In this document: one piece after another, positions 50,602 to 62,374 of the stretch | Position numbering within the stretch: position 1 is the first letter of the stretch | Layout: every line of letters begins with the position of its first letter | DNA from: Eledone cirrhosa | Lineage: Eukaryota | Assembly: GCA_964016885.1 (NCBI GenBank) | Contig: OZ024740.1 | Location: 277,884,001 to 277,948,000, forward strand | Direction: 5' to 3' | Length of the DNA stretch: 64,000 bases | Notes under the pieces: model-generated | Told to the model about the DNA's origin: nothing | Databases searched by the model: none | The model's input: the letters and a program-made list of their open reading frames with translations, nothing else | Program-made: the position numbers and the translations under genes

Positions 50602-50654
50602 GTGTGTGTGTGCAAAAGTAAACAGAAACTCCAAAGCAAACACCAATGTATAAT

Positions 50655-50845
50655 AATTGTTTCTACTTTTGGCACAAGGCCAGCAATTATCCCAGTGCAT
50701 TACTGGTACTTTATTTTATCGACCCCGTAAGTATTATAGACAAAGTTAACTTCGGCGGAATTTGAACTCAGAACATAAAAGGTCATAACTCTATGCTGGA
50801 AAGCATGGTTTATGACGCTCTACTTATACTGCCAATCCACCACCC
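50655..50845 (-). mobile_element. SINE family S
   Basis: Consensus match; TSD TATAATAAT at 50649-50657 and 50847-50855. Confidence 0.9.
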
Positions 50846-52094
50846 TTATAATAATGAAATATATTAGTTTAAAGCTTGATATAGTAGGAAAAGATTATTT
50901 ACGTTTTGGACACTAGTCTTTTATCAAAAGATAGAATGAGCAATAAAAGAGGAAATAGAAAGATTGAGAGTGAGAAGCGGAAGGAAAGCAATTTTTTTTT
51001 TATGAAAAGAACATGTATTGAGTCAGCTATTTTAGAGTATTTATATACATACATATGTGTGTGTGTATGTGTGTGTTTGTGTGTGTGTGTGTGTGTATGC
51101 GTGTGGTGTGTGTATGTGTGTGTGCGTGTTCCTATCCGTCATAGTGTGAGATTTACCTATTTGTTTGACGATTCGGTATGATGTGATATATTAAATTCAT
51201 TTATGAATTGCATTTATTCCATATGTAAAAAAAAAATAATGCTAATTTCTGTTTCTTTCTAAATGTACCCAGAGAAGTAGCTAGCACCATCATAACCACT
51301 ACTGCCATTAATTCTTTATCATTCGCTGGTACTACTTCCACCACTCTCCCTATTAATTCTTTCAGCAACACTAAAATAAAATACAAGGAAGATAATTGTA
51401 ATGTTTTCTTGTACTAGTACATGAAATAAAATAAAAATAAATATTCCGTGCATTTTATTTGAAAGAAAAAAAGCATATAAATGCTATGATTCTATTATTT
51501 TGTTTCTTTTTACCTTTGGAAATATTTCTAAATCGAGTGTATTTCCTTTTCAGGAGTTCTGTTTGAATAATTTTTTCTTAGAACTTTTGAAAGATATACT
51601 GATTTAGTTGTTCAGCTGGGATTTATTCTGTTGCTTTGACAGAAATGTAAAAAACAGACAAACTGTAGAAGATTCAATGAAAAGAATTATTAGAATTATT
51701 GCGAAGCAAGTAATTTTTTTTTATATACAGCCTAGAAATGATTACCCACATAGCAGAAGAGATATCAGCCTGGCATACTTAATATCCTACATATGAAGAT
51801 ACCTTATTAAAGAATGCGAAAATATATAGGTATAGGATTATTCTGCATATGCCGTGATATTTCACTGCTAATATCTCAAACGTGACGTTAGAAACAATTT
51901 GGTTTTCTCTTCAATATAGGTTTTGTAGAGTTAGATTTCGCTGAGACCTGCTGTTCTAATTCTCAGATCAGAACTCTCTAACTCTTAAAGAGTTCACTAA
52001 AGCTAATGTTGTTATCTATGATATTAGCAATGCCTTTAATAGCGCCTAATATTGACATGATCATATATCGATTTCGACGATAAGTGTTCGTGTG

Positions 52095-52232
52095 GATCGA
52101 TCAACACAACAGCCTGCTTTTGAAATTAACATGTAAGAGGCTGAACATTCCACAAGCAAAGTGTACCCTTAACGTAATTCTCAGAGAGTGATACAGTGTG
52201 TGACAAGGCTGCCCGATTGAATTACATGTACA
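52095..52232 (-). mobile_element. Fragment of the older SINE family
   Basis: Homologous to about 19330-19460. Confidence 0.5.
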
Positions 52233-52444
52233 GTGCATCCGACGGCTTCCAAACAGTTTTCATCAACAAGGTGGAGGTTGATCCGAGGTTATTGTAAATG
52301 ACACATACCTGTGATGTCTTGCAGTGTGGTCCAATATCGAACCTAATGAGTTTAAATGTTAGACAGTCGTATTCTTTTAATGTTCTTTAATTACCATGTA
52401 AGTTGCAAACTTATTTGGCAGTACAATTATATTCCAGCAATATC

Positions 52445-52660
52445 TAGATATATGGAAATTTACCCATGCGTCAAAAACAAATAAAGACAACTACCATTCT
52501 ACCAGATCATATCATCTAATAGCTCTATACAGCAATCTGTCTAAAATGCTAGAAAGGTTTATGGGTAACAGATGATCTTACTTAAGAGAGACAATACACA
52601 TTTCTCCAAATCTCAGGTTGAGTTTCCAATGAATAGAAACACTGAGAATTGTGTTAATGA
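52445..52660 (+). pseudogene. Very degenerate LINE RT fragment
   Basis: WK...KTNKD......SYHLIAL.S.LSKMLERF resembles RT SYRPISL.S..K.LER. Confidence 0.5.
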
Positions 52661-53321
52661 AATAATATGTTTATACCACTAAATTTCAATATTAAAGGTA
52701 CTGGTAGAACGATCCAAACCTCAATCCATATTGTCGTCCAATCCCAGCTTTCTATAAAAATAAGACGCTGAAAGGAAGATGATATGTGAGCTATTGTTGT
52801 GGTTCTGTTATTAGAATGTCTGTAGATAGTTGAGTCTAGTACAGTATGTAAAATACCGTTACATTAATTCATAGAATCTAAGAGATATACACGATCTTTT
52901 GTACTGTTTTCTGCTTCTGGTGTTGGTATTCCAGAATTGCTAGAGTTTATTTAATTCCCCCGAATTTAGTTTTGCATTGCGTATTATATTTGTTTAGGAA
53001 ATTTTAGTTTCTGTTGTTATTTCTCTGCTTTTGTTGGTTTCATAAATGTTTATCAAATAAATTCCGATGTACATATATATAATATATATGGAGTTACACT
53101 CTGACCTAATCACTATGAGATACATTGATGATCTGTGATAGTATGTATTGGATAAAACAAAAGAAAATTCTGTGTATTGTCTTATGTAGAACTTCAAGTC
53201 ATGCAGTAGGGTCTCTTTCAAGAGAAATATATCAAACGATGAGCTGTAAATGTTTAAATACAATAACATTCCTTCCCTCTGTTTAGGTTGATGTGACATA
53301 TCTTAATGTGGCTCATTATTA

Positions 53322-53833
53322 TCCCGCCAGGGTTAACTTTGCCTTTCATCCTTATGGGGTCGATAAAATAAAGTACCAGTAATGCAGTGGGTAATTGCTG
53401 GCCTTGTGCCTAAAGTAGAAACAATTATTATTATTGTTAAGGGCGGTGGATTGGCAGTATCAGTAGAGGGTCGGACGCCTTGCTTTCCAGCATAGTTACG
53501 TCCCTTTACGATCTGAGTTTAAATCCCGCCGAGGTTGGCTTTGCCTTTCATCCTTACGGGGTCGATAAAATAAAGTACCAGTAATGCACTGGGTAATTGC
53601 TGGCCTTGTGCTTAAAGTAGAAACAATTATTATTATTGTTAAGGGTGGCAGTATCGGTAGAGGGTCTGACGCCATGCTTTGCAGCAAAGAGTTACGGCCC
53701 TATATGGTCTGAGTCTCGTCGAGGTTAACTTTGCCTTTCATCCTTACGGGGTCGATAGAATAAAGTACCAGTAATGCACTGGGGTAATTTCTGGCCTTGT
53801 GCCAAAAGTAGAAACAATTATTATTATTGTTAA
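53322..53833 (+). mobile_element. Tandem trimer of SINE family S
   Basis: Three copies, each followed by ATTATTATTATTGTTAA. Confidence 0.92.
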
Positions 53834-54694
53834 CCTTTTCAGTGTTTGTATCTCAGCCAATTATTTAAGCCTTTTGCTTTGAGCCGTTTTGGTTATTATT
53901 GGATACATTGCTATTATCAGATTGATTTTATAGTGTTCTTTTGAATACTGTGTTCTAGTTCCCTGTTAAATATTCAGTTTTGTGTGGGTTAGCGCCATGT
54001 GGGTTAGCGCATGTAAACTCAAAAGGAAATTGATAAATTCGGTAAAATCTTGGGAGTTAATATTCATTAGAATATCTTTCTGAAATAGGTTACAAATACG
54101 GGGAAGCACTTTAAACTATAATGCACCTGAGACAATTTCAACCCTTAGGCTCTTCGCATCATATTTTATACTGACACAATACGATTTGTGATTTTCTAGA
54201 AATATATTAGAGAGATGATTATTATATACCAACTGTTGAAGTTTTATCTCAGATCAGTTCTTATTGAGCAGTCCCAACATCAATTACAATTCGTTTATGT
54301 TTTGAGAGAAACTACTATTACAAATACGTTGTGTTCATAGTCATATTTGTCTACACATATTCCGTCAAATGTCTCTCAGTGTGTACATAGGACTATGTTC
54401 AGGTTCAAACAGGTATGTTGATAACTTTTCTTATTGATCAACTGTATAACTTCGAACAGTATATTTGTGGCGGATTGTTTACTGTAACAATAAAGGAGGA
54501 TATATGTGCCTGCACGATATACGTAATGGGAGTACATAATTTATACAGCGATTTTGATTGTTTTCCTTAACGAAACATTAATGTAACAAAATAGAATGTA
54601 AGATAAAAATGAAGAAAGCAATTACTTTTAAAGTAGATAAAACAACATTCTTTTGGAAAATATTGTTGTTAGAAAAGAATAATCAAAGTAAGAA

Positions 54695-54725
<31 letters not shown>

Positions 54726-56009
54726 TTTGAGGAGACATTTATAAGGACATCCGAAGGTCAGATGTGGTCGTGCTCTTGTGCTGCTGATTATCTGCTGAAC
54801 ACTTGAAAAAACACGCCTATATGGTTTGATGGGCTTCGGTTGATTTTTTCTTTCATAGACATGTGAACATTGCCTTTTCAATATCTGAATGATACCCTCT
54901 AATTCTCGTTTTGGATATAGCTGTCTTTAAAGAATACCGATATATGTTTCATTAGATATTCAAATTTGTTGCTTCATATTTTACTAAATTCTTTCATTGT
55001 TAAGCGTGATCCTTTAATGAAGCTCTCAATATTGTGCTTTTATATTGTGAACGAGTAGTATGTTACTATATATTCCAGTGTGTTGACGTATTTCAAGCAT
55101 TGTAGCACCATATGATATCTTACAAAAATCTTACATAGAACTTAACTTGTTTAAGCAGATAAAACTTTTGTTTGATGTTATCTATTCTCACAATATTTTT
55201 TAACTGCCCTAAAAGGTTAGATAGACAAAAAGAATGAATCTTTGAAGCTGAATTAACGAAAGCGTTGTTGCTTTCTGTAATGTATTTAACATTATCTCAG
55301 GTATTAAAAATACTCAATGTTATCTATCAACTACTATTGTTTTCCTTTATTAATGTAATTCTTAAATCACGTTGTTACATTTGTGCAGCATTTCAAAGTA
55401 AACTTTTACGGAAAGATTCAAATCTTTGAGAACAATCTTTCTCGGAATTATATATATATATTTTTTTCACATTTTGGATTATATTTTTAATCAGAGAGTT
55501 TATTACTTTTTTAAAGGGAGAAGATTATTATTACTACTGGTGCTGTCAAAAATGGCAACAGTTTTTAACTGATTTTAACAAATGGTGCTTCCGTTCAAAA
55601 TTATGCATGACATTGATAAATTACTTTCTAAAATATTACACTGTGATCTTAGTCAAATAGCCTAGAATGTAGCCCCTAGACCAATAGTTCGTAAATGAGA
55701 TAGCACTTACTGCCTTCCGAAAATGGTATATCAGCACATAGATATTCATAACATTTTACGAGCGATTTAATACTTGTTATAAAAATTTAATTTCAAATGA
55801 TGATATTATAATAATAATAATATTTGTCACAAAACGTTACAGATTTCGTTAGAACTATATTAGTGACCTGTTGAAATGATTCATAAGCAAGTTTTAAAGC
55901 TGAAATGAAAATGGCGAAACAACGAAGAATACCAGGCTTAGATTATCCCTTATGCACTTTTACACAAGCCTTTTGAATTCTTAATTGTTTCGATTAATTC
56001 TATTATAAG

Positions 56010-56080
56010 AAATAATTGTTTCTACTTTTGGCACAAGGCCAGCATTTACCCAGTACATTACAGGTACTTTATTTTATCGA
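56010..56080 (-). mobile_element. 3' fragment of SINE family S
   Basis: ATAATTGTTTCTAC...TTTATCGA. Confidence 0.8.
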
Positions 56081-56084
56081 ATAA

Positions 56085-56444
56085 ATTGAACCACATTTAG
56101 TAGATATATCCGAGGCTCCTACGGAACTACAAGTTGAGTTATTTGAGTTGGGGGAAGATAGTATCCTCAAATCCCTTTTTGACGCTAAAAAGGATCCCAT
56201 AGAAATCTGGTCAAATGCTGTTGAATATCCATGCCTACGAGAGCATGCATGCCGTTTACTTTCCTGCTTTGGAAGTACTTACTGCTGCGAGTCAACATTT
56301 TCTCTCATGACCAAAATTAAAACTACTTTAAGAACGCAAACCACAGATGCTCATTTAGAGGATCAATTAAGGCTGCGCGTTACGAAGCTTGATCCAAATA
56401 TTCAATTACTTTCAAGCAAGAAACAAATGCAAATATCCCACTAA
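56085..56444 (+). pseudogene. C-terminal dimerisation region of a hAT (SPIN/GTF2IRD2/Buster-like) transposase
   Basis: AP.ELQ.EL.EL, YP.L...A..LL..FGSTY.CE..FS.M..IK...R......HLE..LR, P.I..L...KQ.Q.SH*. Confidence 0.88.
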
Positions 56445-56942
56445 CTTGAATTTTCCATCGGATTTTAAAATTATTTTACGTATTGTTGCTATGTTAGTTT
56501 TTTTTACCTTAATATTATTATTTTTCTATCGTATTTCTTTATAAATATGTGAATACAGAAATATTTTATATTGTAACTTTTATGTTAAATAATAAATAAA
56601 TGACTATAAAACTATACAAAAACTATAATAATTTCACAAAAGTCGCATTTATAGGTAATATATTCATTGACAATAGAATGAGTACATCAAATTATAAAGA
56701 AAGGTGCTGTTAAAAGATTTTAGGCGAAACTGTCTCTACGCTTTATTTTACCATTAATTCCATGGTGAGCTTCAAAAGTATTTCCATTTTAAAAGATGAA
56801 AGGTATGTACGTGTATGAAAGTGTATGTGTCTGTGTAATTTATGCGTACGCTTGTGAATATGGTTATACAAAGAATGTAGGTGCAATGTCATGTATAAAT
56901 GAATATATATAGTAGATATTTGCATTTTAAGTATATGTGTAC

Positions 56943-56994
<52 letters not shown>

Positions 56995-57060
56995 GTACAT
57001 GGCATTGCACCTACATTCTTTGTATAACCATATTCACAAGCGTACGCATAAATTACACAG

Positions 57061-57099
<39 letters not shown>

Positions 57100-57100
<1 letters not shown>

Positions 57101-57306
57101 CGAAGGAGGTGTTGTAAGGAACCAGGTGGACCATAACGCACCTGAGTACTCTATACTTAGGTTAGTAGAGTGGGTAATAGGAAAATGTTCAAGACCCCGA
57201 CGGCATACCTCAAGCCGTTTCGACGGCTATTTCAGGCCTAAACTAGTCCGGTAATAGCCGTCGAAACGGCTTGAGCTCTGCCGTCGGGATCTTGAACATG
57301 TTCCTA
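57100..57306 (-). mobile_element. Fold-back element family A, copy 5
   Basis: Same tail, with arms around an imperfect central hairpin. Confidence 0.85.
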
Positions 57307-57678
57307 TATATATATATATATATCCTTCTATGTTGTTTACTTGTCTCACTCGCTTTACGCGATTTACTTGTCCCAATAGTTTTATTTAGCTATTGCTCGC
57401 ACCAACCTGAGGTATATGATTTTTAATGCGATGAAATATCAATGACGGTTGGCAAATCACTGACGAAGGACTATTTTTATCATATGTAACCCATGTGCAA
57501 CAACGCAGTATTCTTCTTTCTTCTCATGTTTTATATATATATATCCTTTTACGTTTCTTTTTCTTTTACTAGTTTCAGTTATTAGACAACGCCCAATCTG
57601 GAACAATGCCTTCTCGGATTTTTATCAATTATATTATTGACGTAAAATGAATCACAAGTATTAGATTTAACATTTTTA

Positions 57679-57877
57679 CGAGGCTCGGCTTAAAAGTTCA
57701 TAGGCTGACCAAGATACTCTCGATGGAATGACAAAATGAAGTTTATTATTTAACCCAGGCCCTGGAAAGAATCAATGCAGTTGTTAATATGAAGAGACGA
57801 AATTAAATCATGCAAGATTTCACAGACCTATCATCTTTCCATTATAGTCAGCCTATGAATGTTTCCGCCGACCCTCG
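57679..57877. mobile_element. Mariner-like MITE
   Basis: About 31 bp imperfect TIRs CGAGG.TCGGC..AAA..TTCATAGGCTGAC; TA on both sides. Confidence 0.8.
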
Positions 57878-57961
57878 TATTGTCGAGTTTTTCAGTTTGT
57901 CATTATTTACAGCAAAATAGATATACCTTTTGATTTCTTCCTCACAAATGGTCTTTCATTT

Positions 57962-58131
57962 CCGTAGAAGGTCGGACGCCATGCTTTGCAGCATAGAGTT
58001 ACGGCCCTTTACGGTCTGAGTTGAAATCCAGCCGTGGTTAATTTTGCCTTTCATCCTTACGGGGTCGATAACATAAAGTACCAGTAATGCACTGGGATAA
58101 TTGCTGGCCTTGTACCAAAAGTAGAAACAAT
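57962..58131 (+). mobile_element. SINE family S, 5'-truncated
   Basis: Consensus match. Confidence 0.88.
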
Positions 58132-58488
58132 TCGTTTTACCTCTCTATATTGAAGAGTTTAAACTTTTTATTTTATGTCTTGGGTACCATCTGTACGGAT
58201 TGACCATCTTACATTTCATCATATTCATTGTTAAATTTATTAATTTCATTCCCTTCATTTTGTATATTCATACATATTTTATGTTTTCCTATTTAGACAT
58301 GTGTTTGGAGTTTTTAACATACGCATAGACAAACACAATACATAAACATACACACCATGTATATATATAGTGTGCGTGTTTATGTGTACTGATACCCATT
58401 TTGTTCCCCTTCAGTGGGTTTATAAGCCCCATTGTTAGACTATATTATTTAGTCATTGCTGGTGTGTAGCATCTATTTCTATTTCGAT

Positions 58489-58565
<77 letters not shown>

Positions 58566-58590
58566 GTGTGTATATATGTATGTATATATA

Positions 58591-58743
58591 TTCGTTATGA
58601 GTCTCTTTTTTATAAAAGGATGCTACAGAATGTACGATAGATAATGATTACAATATTTTTGAGCAACAACTCTAGTCCCACACTTTTAAAGGTTTATTTT
58701 AACATTCTGTGGCTGTTTTGAGCTTGCGCATATTTCAGGTCTA

Positions 58744-58744
<1 letters not shown>
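58591..58744 (+). mobile_element. Helitron-like 3' end fragment (CTAG|T)
   Basis: Repeated at 59580-59715 (+) and, with a deletion, at 58795-58865 (-). Confidence 0.55.
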
Positions 58745-58795
<51 letters not shown>

Positions 58796-59087
58796 TAGAC
58801 CTGAAAAATCATTGTCTATCGTACATTCTGTGGCATCCTTTTATAAAAAAGAGACTCATAACGAACTCATCAAGACGACACGATAATTATTTAAATGAAT
58901 TTATCATATAGAATTCGGTTTAAGTGCATTTCGTATTAATCATTACTAAACATCTAATATGAGATATTGAACATTAGCTTAAACCAAACATGCCTTTCTT
59001 TTTTCACAATTTCACTTAGTTCATTCTTAGAGTGTAACATATACAAATATTATTTACAATTAAAAAATAAATAAATTATTATAATAA

Positions 59088-59175
59088 CGGGGCTGCGGAG
59101 CTGAAATTTAGGAAATAATGGAGTATCGGATCCGGAGTTGGAGCCAGTCAACTTTTGGCCGACTCCGCAATCCTG
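59088..59175. mobile_element. Degenerate hAT-type MITE remnant
   Basis: GGGCTGCGGAG ... CCGACTCCGCAATCCTG termini. Confidence 0.45.
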
Positions 59176-59770
59176 TATAATACATTTCATATTAAAGTTA
59201 TTAATGAACCTATTTTACACTGCATGCAAATTACCATGAGATCATGATATTCGATATAAGATACAGCCGAATATCTACATCTGTAATAGTACGAAAGCGA
59301 AGTAATGATAAGTGGCTTAAGGTAATTCCAATATGAAAGTTTGCAGTAATAAAAATTTGATGACACAATATGATTGTTAATGTTATAGTTCGATGAAAAT
59401 GTAACAATATATAACTAAATTATTTTAATATTAGTATATTTATAAAATTATCATTATAGATTTGATCGTTCATATTAATTTTCAACACAATTATATTGTT
59501 ACTATGAGTATATGATAATAATATTACGTAATTATTTATAGCTGTTATTACATTAAACATAAATGTATTTATTGTGATATTTTTATAACGGATGCCACAG
59601 AATGTACGATAGATAATGATTACAATATTTTTGAGCAACAACTCTAGTCCCACACTTTTGAAGGTTTATTAAAACATTCTGTGGCTCTTTTGAGCTTGCG
59701 CATTTTTTAGGTCTAGTTTAATATTTTTTAAGGCAACGCTTGTAATAACTCTAGTTAAACATGATATATA

Positions 59771-60487
59771 TTAATAATAAATTATCGTTGTAAGAGCACA
59801 CAGAAAATTGCGCATACAAACGGATCTGGAGAACACACTCTGCACGTGAATATGTGCCTCCTTGCGAAGATTGGTGTCGATTATCGTCTTTTTATACGCC
59901 TTAAAAAATCTGTGCACCAAGATCTGATGCTGCATCCGGAAGTCAAGCATTATTTCTAGTTTCCTTATTCGATGCAAAGACCGCTTACGAAGAACATTTT
60001 TGTTTTTATAGTAAGCTTTCTGATAAGACTGTATATTATCTTTATTGACAATTCTATACACAGCCTTTCTTTGCACTACTTTATCTCGCTTCGAAGATCT
60101 GTACTCGGCCTGCTTTTTAGCCAACTCGGTACGTTTCCTAGCACTACGCTCGGCTTGTCTTTTAGATATAACGACTGAATTTGCAGATCTATACTCGGCC
60201 TGCTTGTTTGCCAACTCATGCCGTTTTGAAGATCTAGGTTCGGCCTGTTTTTGCTTTATTTTAGCCGAATTCGCAGCTCTATAATCGGCCTGTTTTTGTC
60301 TCAACTTCTCCCGATTCCGCATCCGGTAAGCTGCTTTCGCGTCCAATTTAATACTCCTGTCTGGCAGATTATTGGCACAGCAATGCGAACAAGCTTGTGA
60401 GACCGCATGATTGTAAGAAGATGAACTGCCCACAACATCAAGACCCAATTCACAAGTCCGGCACTGCTCATTCACATCGGACACCAA
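59771..60487 (-). CDS. Basic helical 15-aa-repeat protein fragment with two CxxC motifs, probably element-encoded
   Basis: CRTC...CSHCC followed by about seven QAEYRS.N.......K units; TCGGCC(T) recurs every 45 bp. No ATG at the ORF start. Confidence 0.5.
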   Translation of the reverse strand: MVSDVNEQCRTCELGLDVVGSSSSYNHAVSQACSHCCANNLPDRSIKLDAKAAYRMRNREKLRQKQADYRAANSAKIKQKQAEPRSSKRHELANKQAEYRSANSVVISKRQAERSARKRTELAKKQAEYRSSKRDKVVQRKAVYRIVNKDNIQSYQKAYYKNKNVLRKRSLHRIRKLEIMLDFRMQHQILVHRFFKAYKKTIIDTNLRKEAHIHVQSVFSRSVCMRNFLCALTTIIYY

Positions 60488-61590
60488 AATCGGTGACGGG
60501 TTCCGATTTACTTGCAGGATATATCACGAACCTGCAAATAAATACTTATTAGTAGCTTAAATAAATACAAAATAAGAGGAAATAACATTTGTCATACTTA
60601 TGTTCAGATATAAATACGCCAATTTATGATCGAATATATTAATATAAAAAATGTTAAAACACGTGACACCTGTAGTTGACTATCATAGTAAACCAAGTAC
60701 ATTAAATTAAAAATTGATATTTTTGCGCACAAATTTAAAAAATATGAAATTTTACAATTACAAGGTTATTTTAGAACACAATTTTACCATTACAAAGTTA
60801 TTTTTGAATCAAAATTACAAAGTTTACAATCATAATATGACTGCCAGATCACTATAAATTATCAATTTATTATTGAATATACGCTACCTTGGAGTTTTTA
60901 AATTTTTTTTACAAACAAAAATTTACAAACTTTTGTAAAAACGATAGTTTTAAAAATATTTGTACAAACTTTTACAAACAAAATTAAAAAGAAAATATTT
61001 TTACAAATGTTTACAAACAAAGTTTTTAGAAAAATTATTCTTACAAATTTTTACGAAGAAAGTGCAGTTCGTATTACAATCCGAACCCTTCCTATATTCC
61101 ATTACACTATATAAAGAGGGACAAGATACAAACATATTAAATAAATATATTTTACATAATAATTGTTATAGTTGAATTAATAAAAATTAAATATTACATA
61201 CAAATCGTCTAACATAATAATATAAATAATAATCTAACATAATAATAAAATAATCTAACATAAAACGAACAATAATATTGACATATATACAAGTAAATAT
61301 GATACAACCAATATTCTAAGCATTTAAAAACGAACTGAAAAAAATAGTTAATATAAATCTAAAAAATCATGTATAAATTAACGATATAACTTACCAAAAC
61401 GAGAAAAATATTTTGATGATAAAACCACAAAATACAGGAGAGATATTCGAAAGCGAAACGATAAATAAACTTGCAAACAAAACGCTTTTGAGCAACAATT
61501 ACTCTCGTTGGTTAATTAGCCAATAAGACGATACATTACAAAATATGTTTGGTAGGAATCGCCACGGCCAGCGATACCCCTTGAATCTTT

Positions 61591-61744
61591 TATTCACAAG
61601 CTACGCATATATTGTCAGAAGACATGCAGACTTAAAACATTCTGTTGTTAGTCACTGCGTGTCTAACAGATATTCACAAGCTACGCATATATTGTCAGAC
61701 ATGCAGACTTAAAACATTCTGTCGTTAGTCACTGCGTGTCTAAC

Positions 61745-61748
<4 letters not shown>
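61591..61748. repeat. Tandem duplication of about 80 bp
   Basis: TATTCACAAGCTACGC...GTGTCTAACAGA occurs twice. Confidence 0.9.
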
Positions 61749-61817
<69 letters not shown>

Positions 61818-61820
<3 letters not shown>

Positions 61821-62100
61821 TATGTATAAAGTGTTTGGTGTCCCAAACTTGCAGGTTATACCGTTCATCCGATTTTCATGAGACTTGGCACGTATATTAA
61901 ACTCAACCCGTAGATTGGTATAGGCTACTTGGAATTTTCGAAAAATCGATAATCAGACCCCCAGAAGCCAAAAATCGATATTTTCAAGAATCGTCCGATT
62001 TCGATGAAACTCGAGGCTAGTGTGTATTTTAATCCGGGGATAAACGTGAGCTACATTAAATTTTCGTAAAATCGATAATCGGACACCCAGAGGCAAAAGT
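61818..62100 (+). mobile_element. Probable Helitron 5' end with two ~126 bp subrepeats
   Basis: A|TC start, TATAAAG, CCGTTCATCCGATTTTCATGAGACTTGGCAC; AATTTTCG.AAAATCGATAATC.GAC occurs twice. Confidence 0.55.
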
Positions 62101-62374
62101 CCGGCAACCGAAAAACGCCATTCTCTTGCTTCCATATGTCGCGACTCCCGCCATGCAAAAAACGTTCAATCTATCAGGATTATCCACCGTAAGTCTCTTA
62201 AATTAACGCTCACCATATTCAGCAAAACTTTTATGCCAATTCTTCCATTTCTTATATAAGGACTATCAAGACTATACCGCCGCGCATCATCCTGTATTGC
62301 GCCCAGTCTTCTCAAGCGATCATCGAGCCTCCATGCGCTCACTTCATTCCCGTGGTCCCACTACCGTAGCATAA

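Larger units (their letters stand above)
58795..61747 (-). mobile_element. Candidate Helitron-like element (A|TC ... CTAG|T) carrying a repeat-protein ORF
   Basis: Both termini lie in (TA)n; subterminal ACAGAATGTTTTAA has its complement in the 3'-end module at 59669-59682. Confidence 0.5.
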
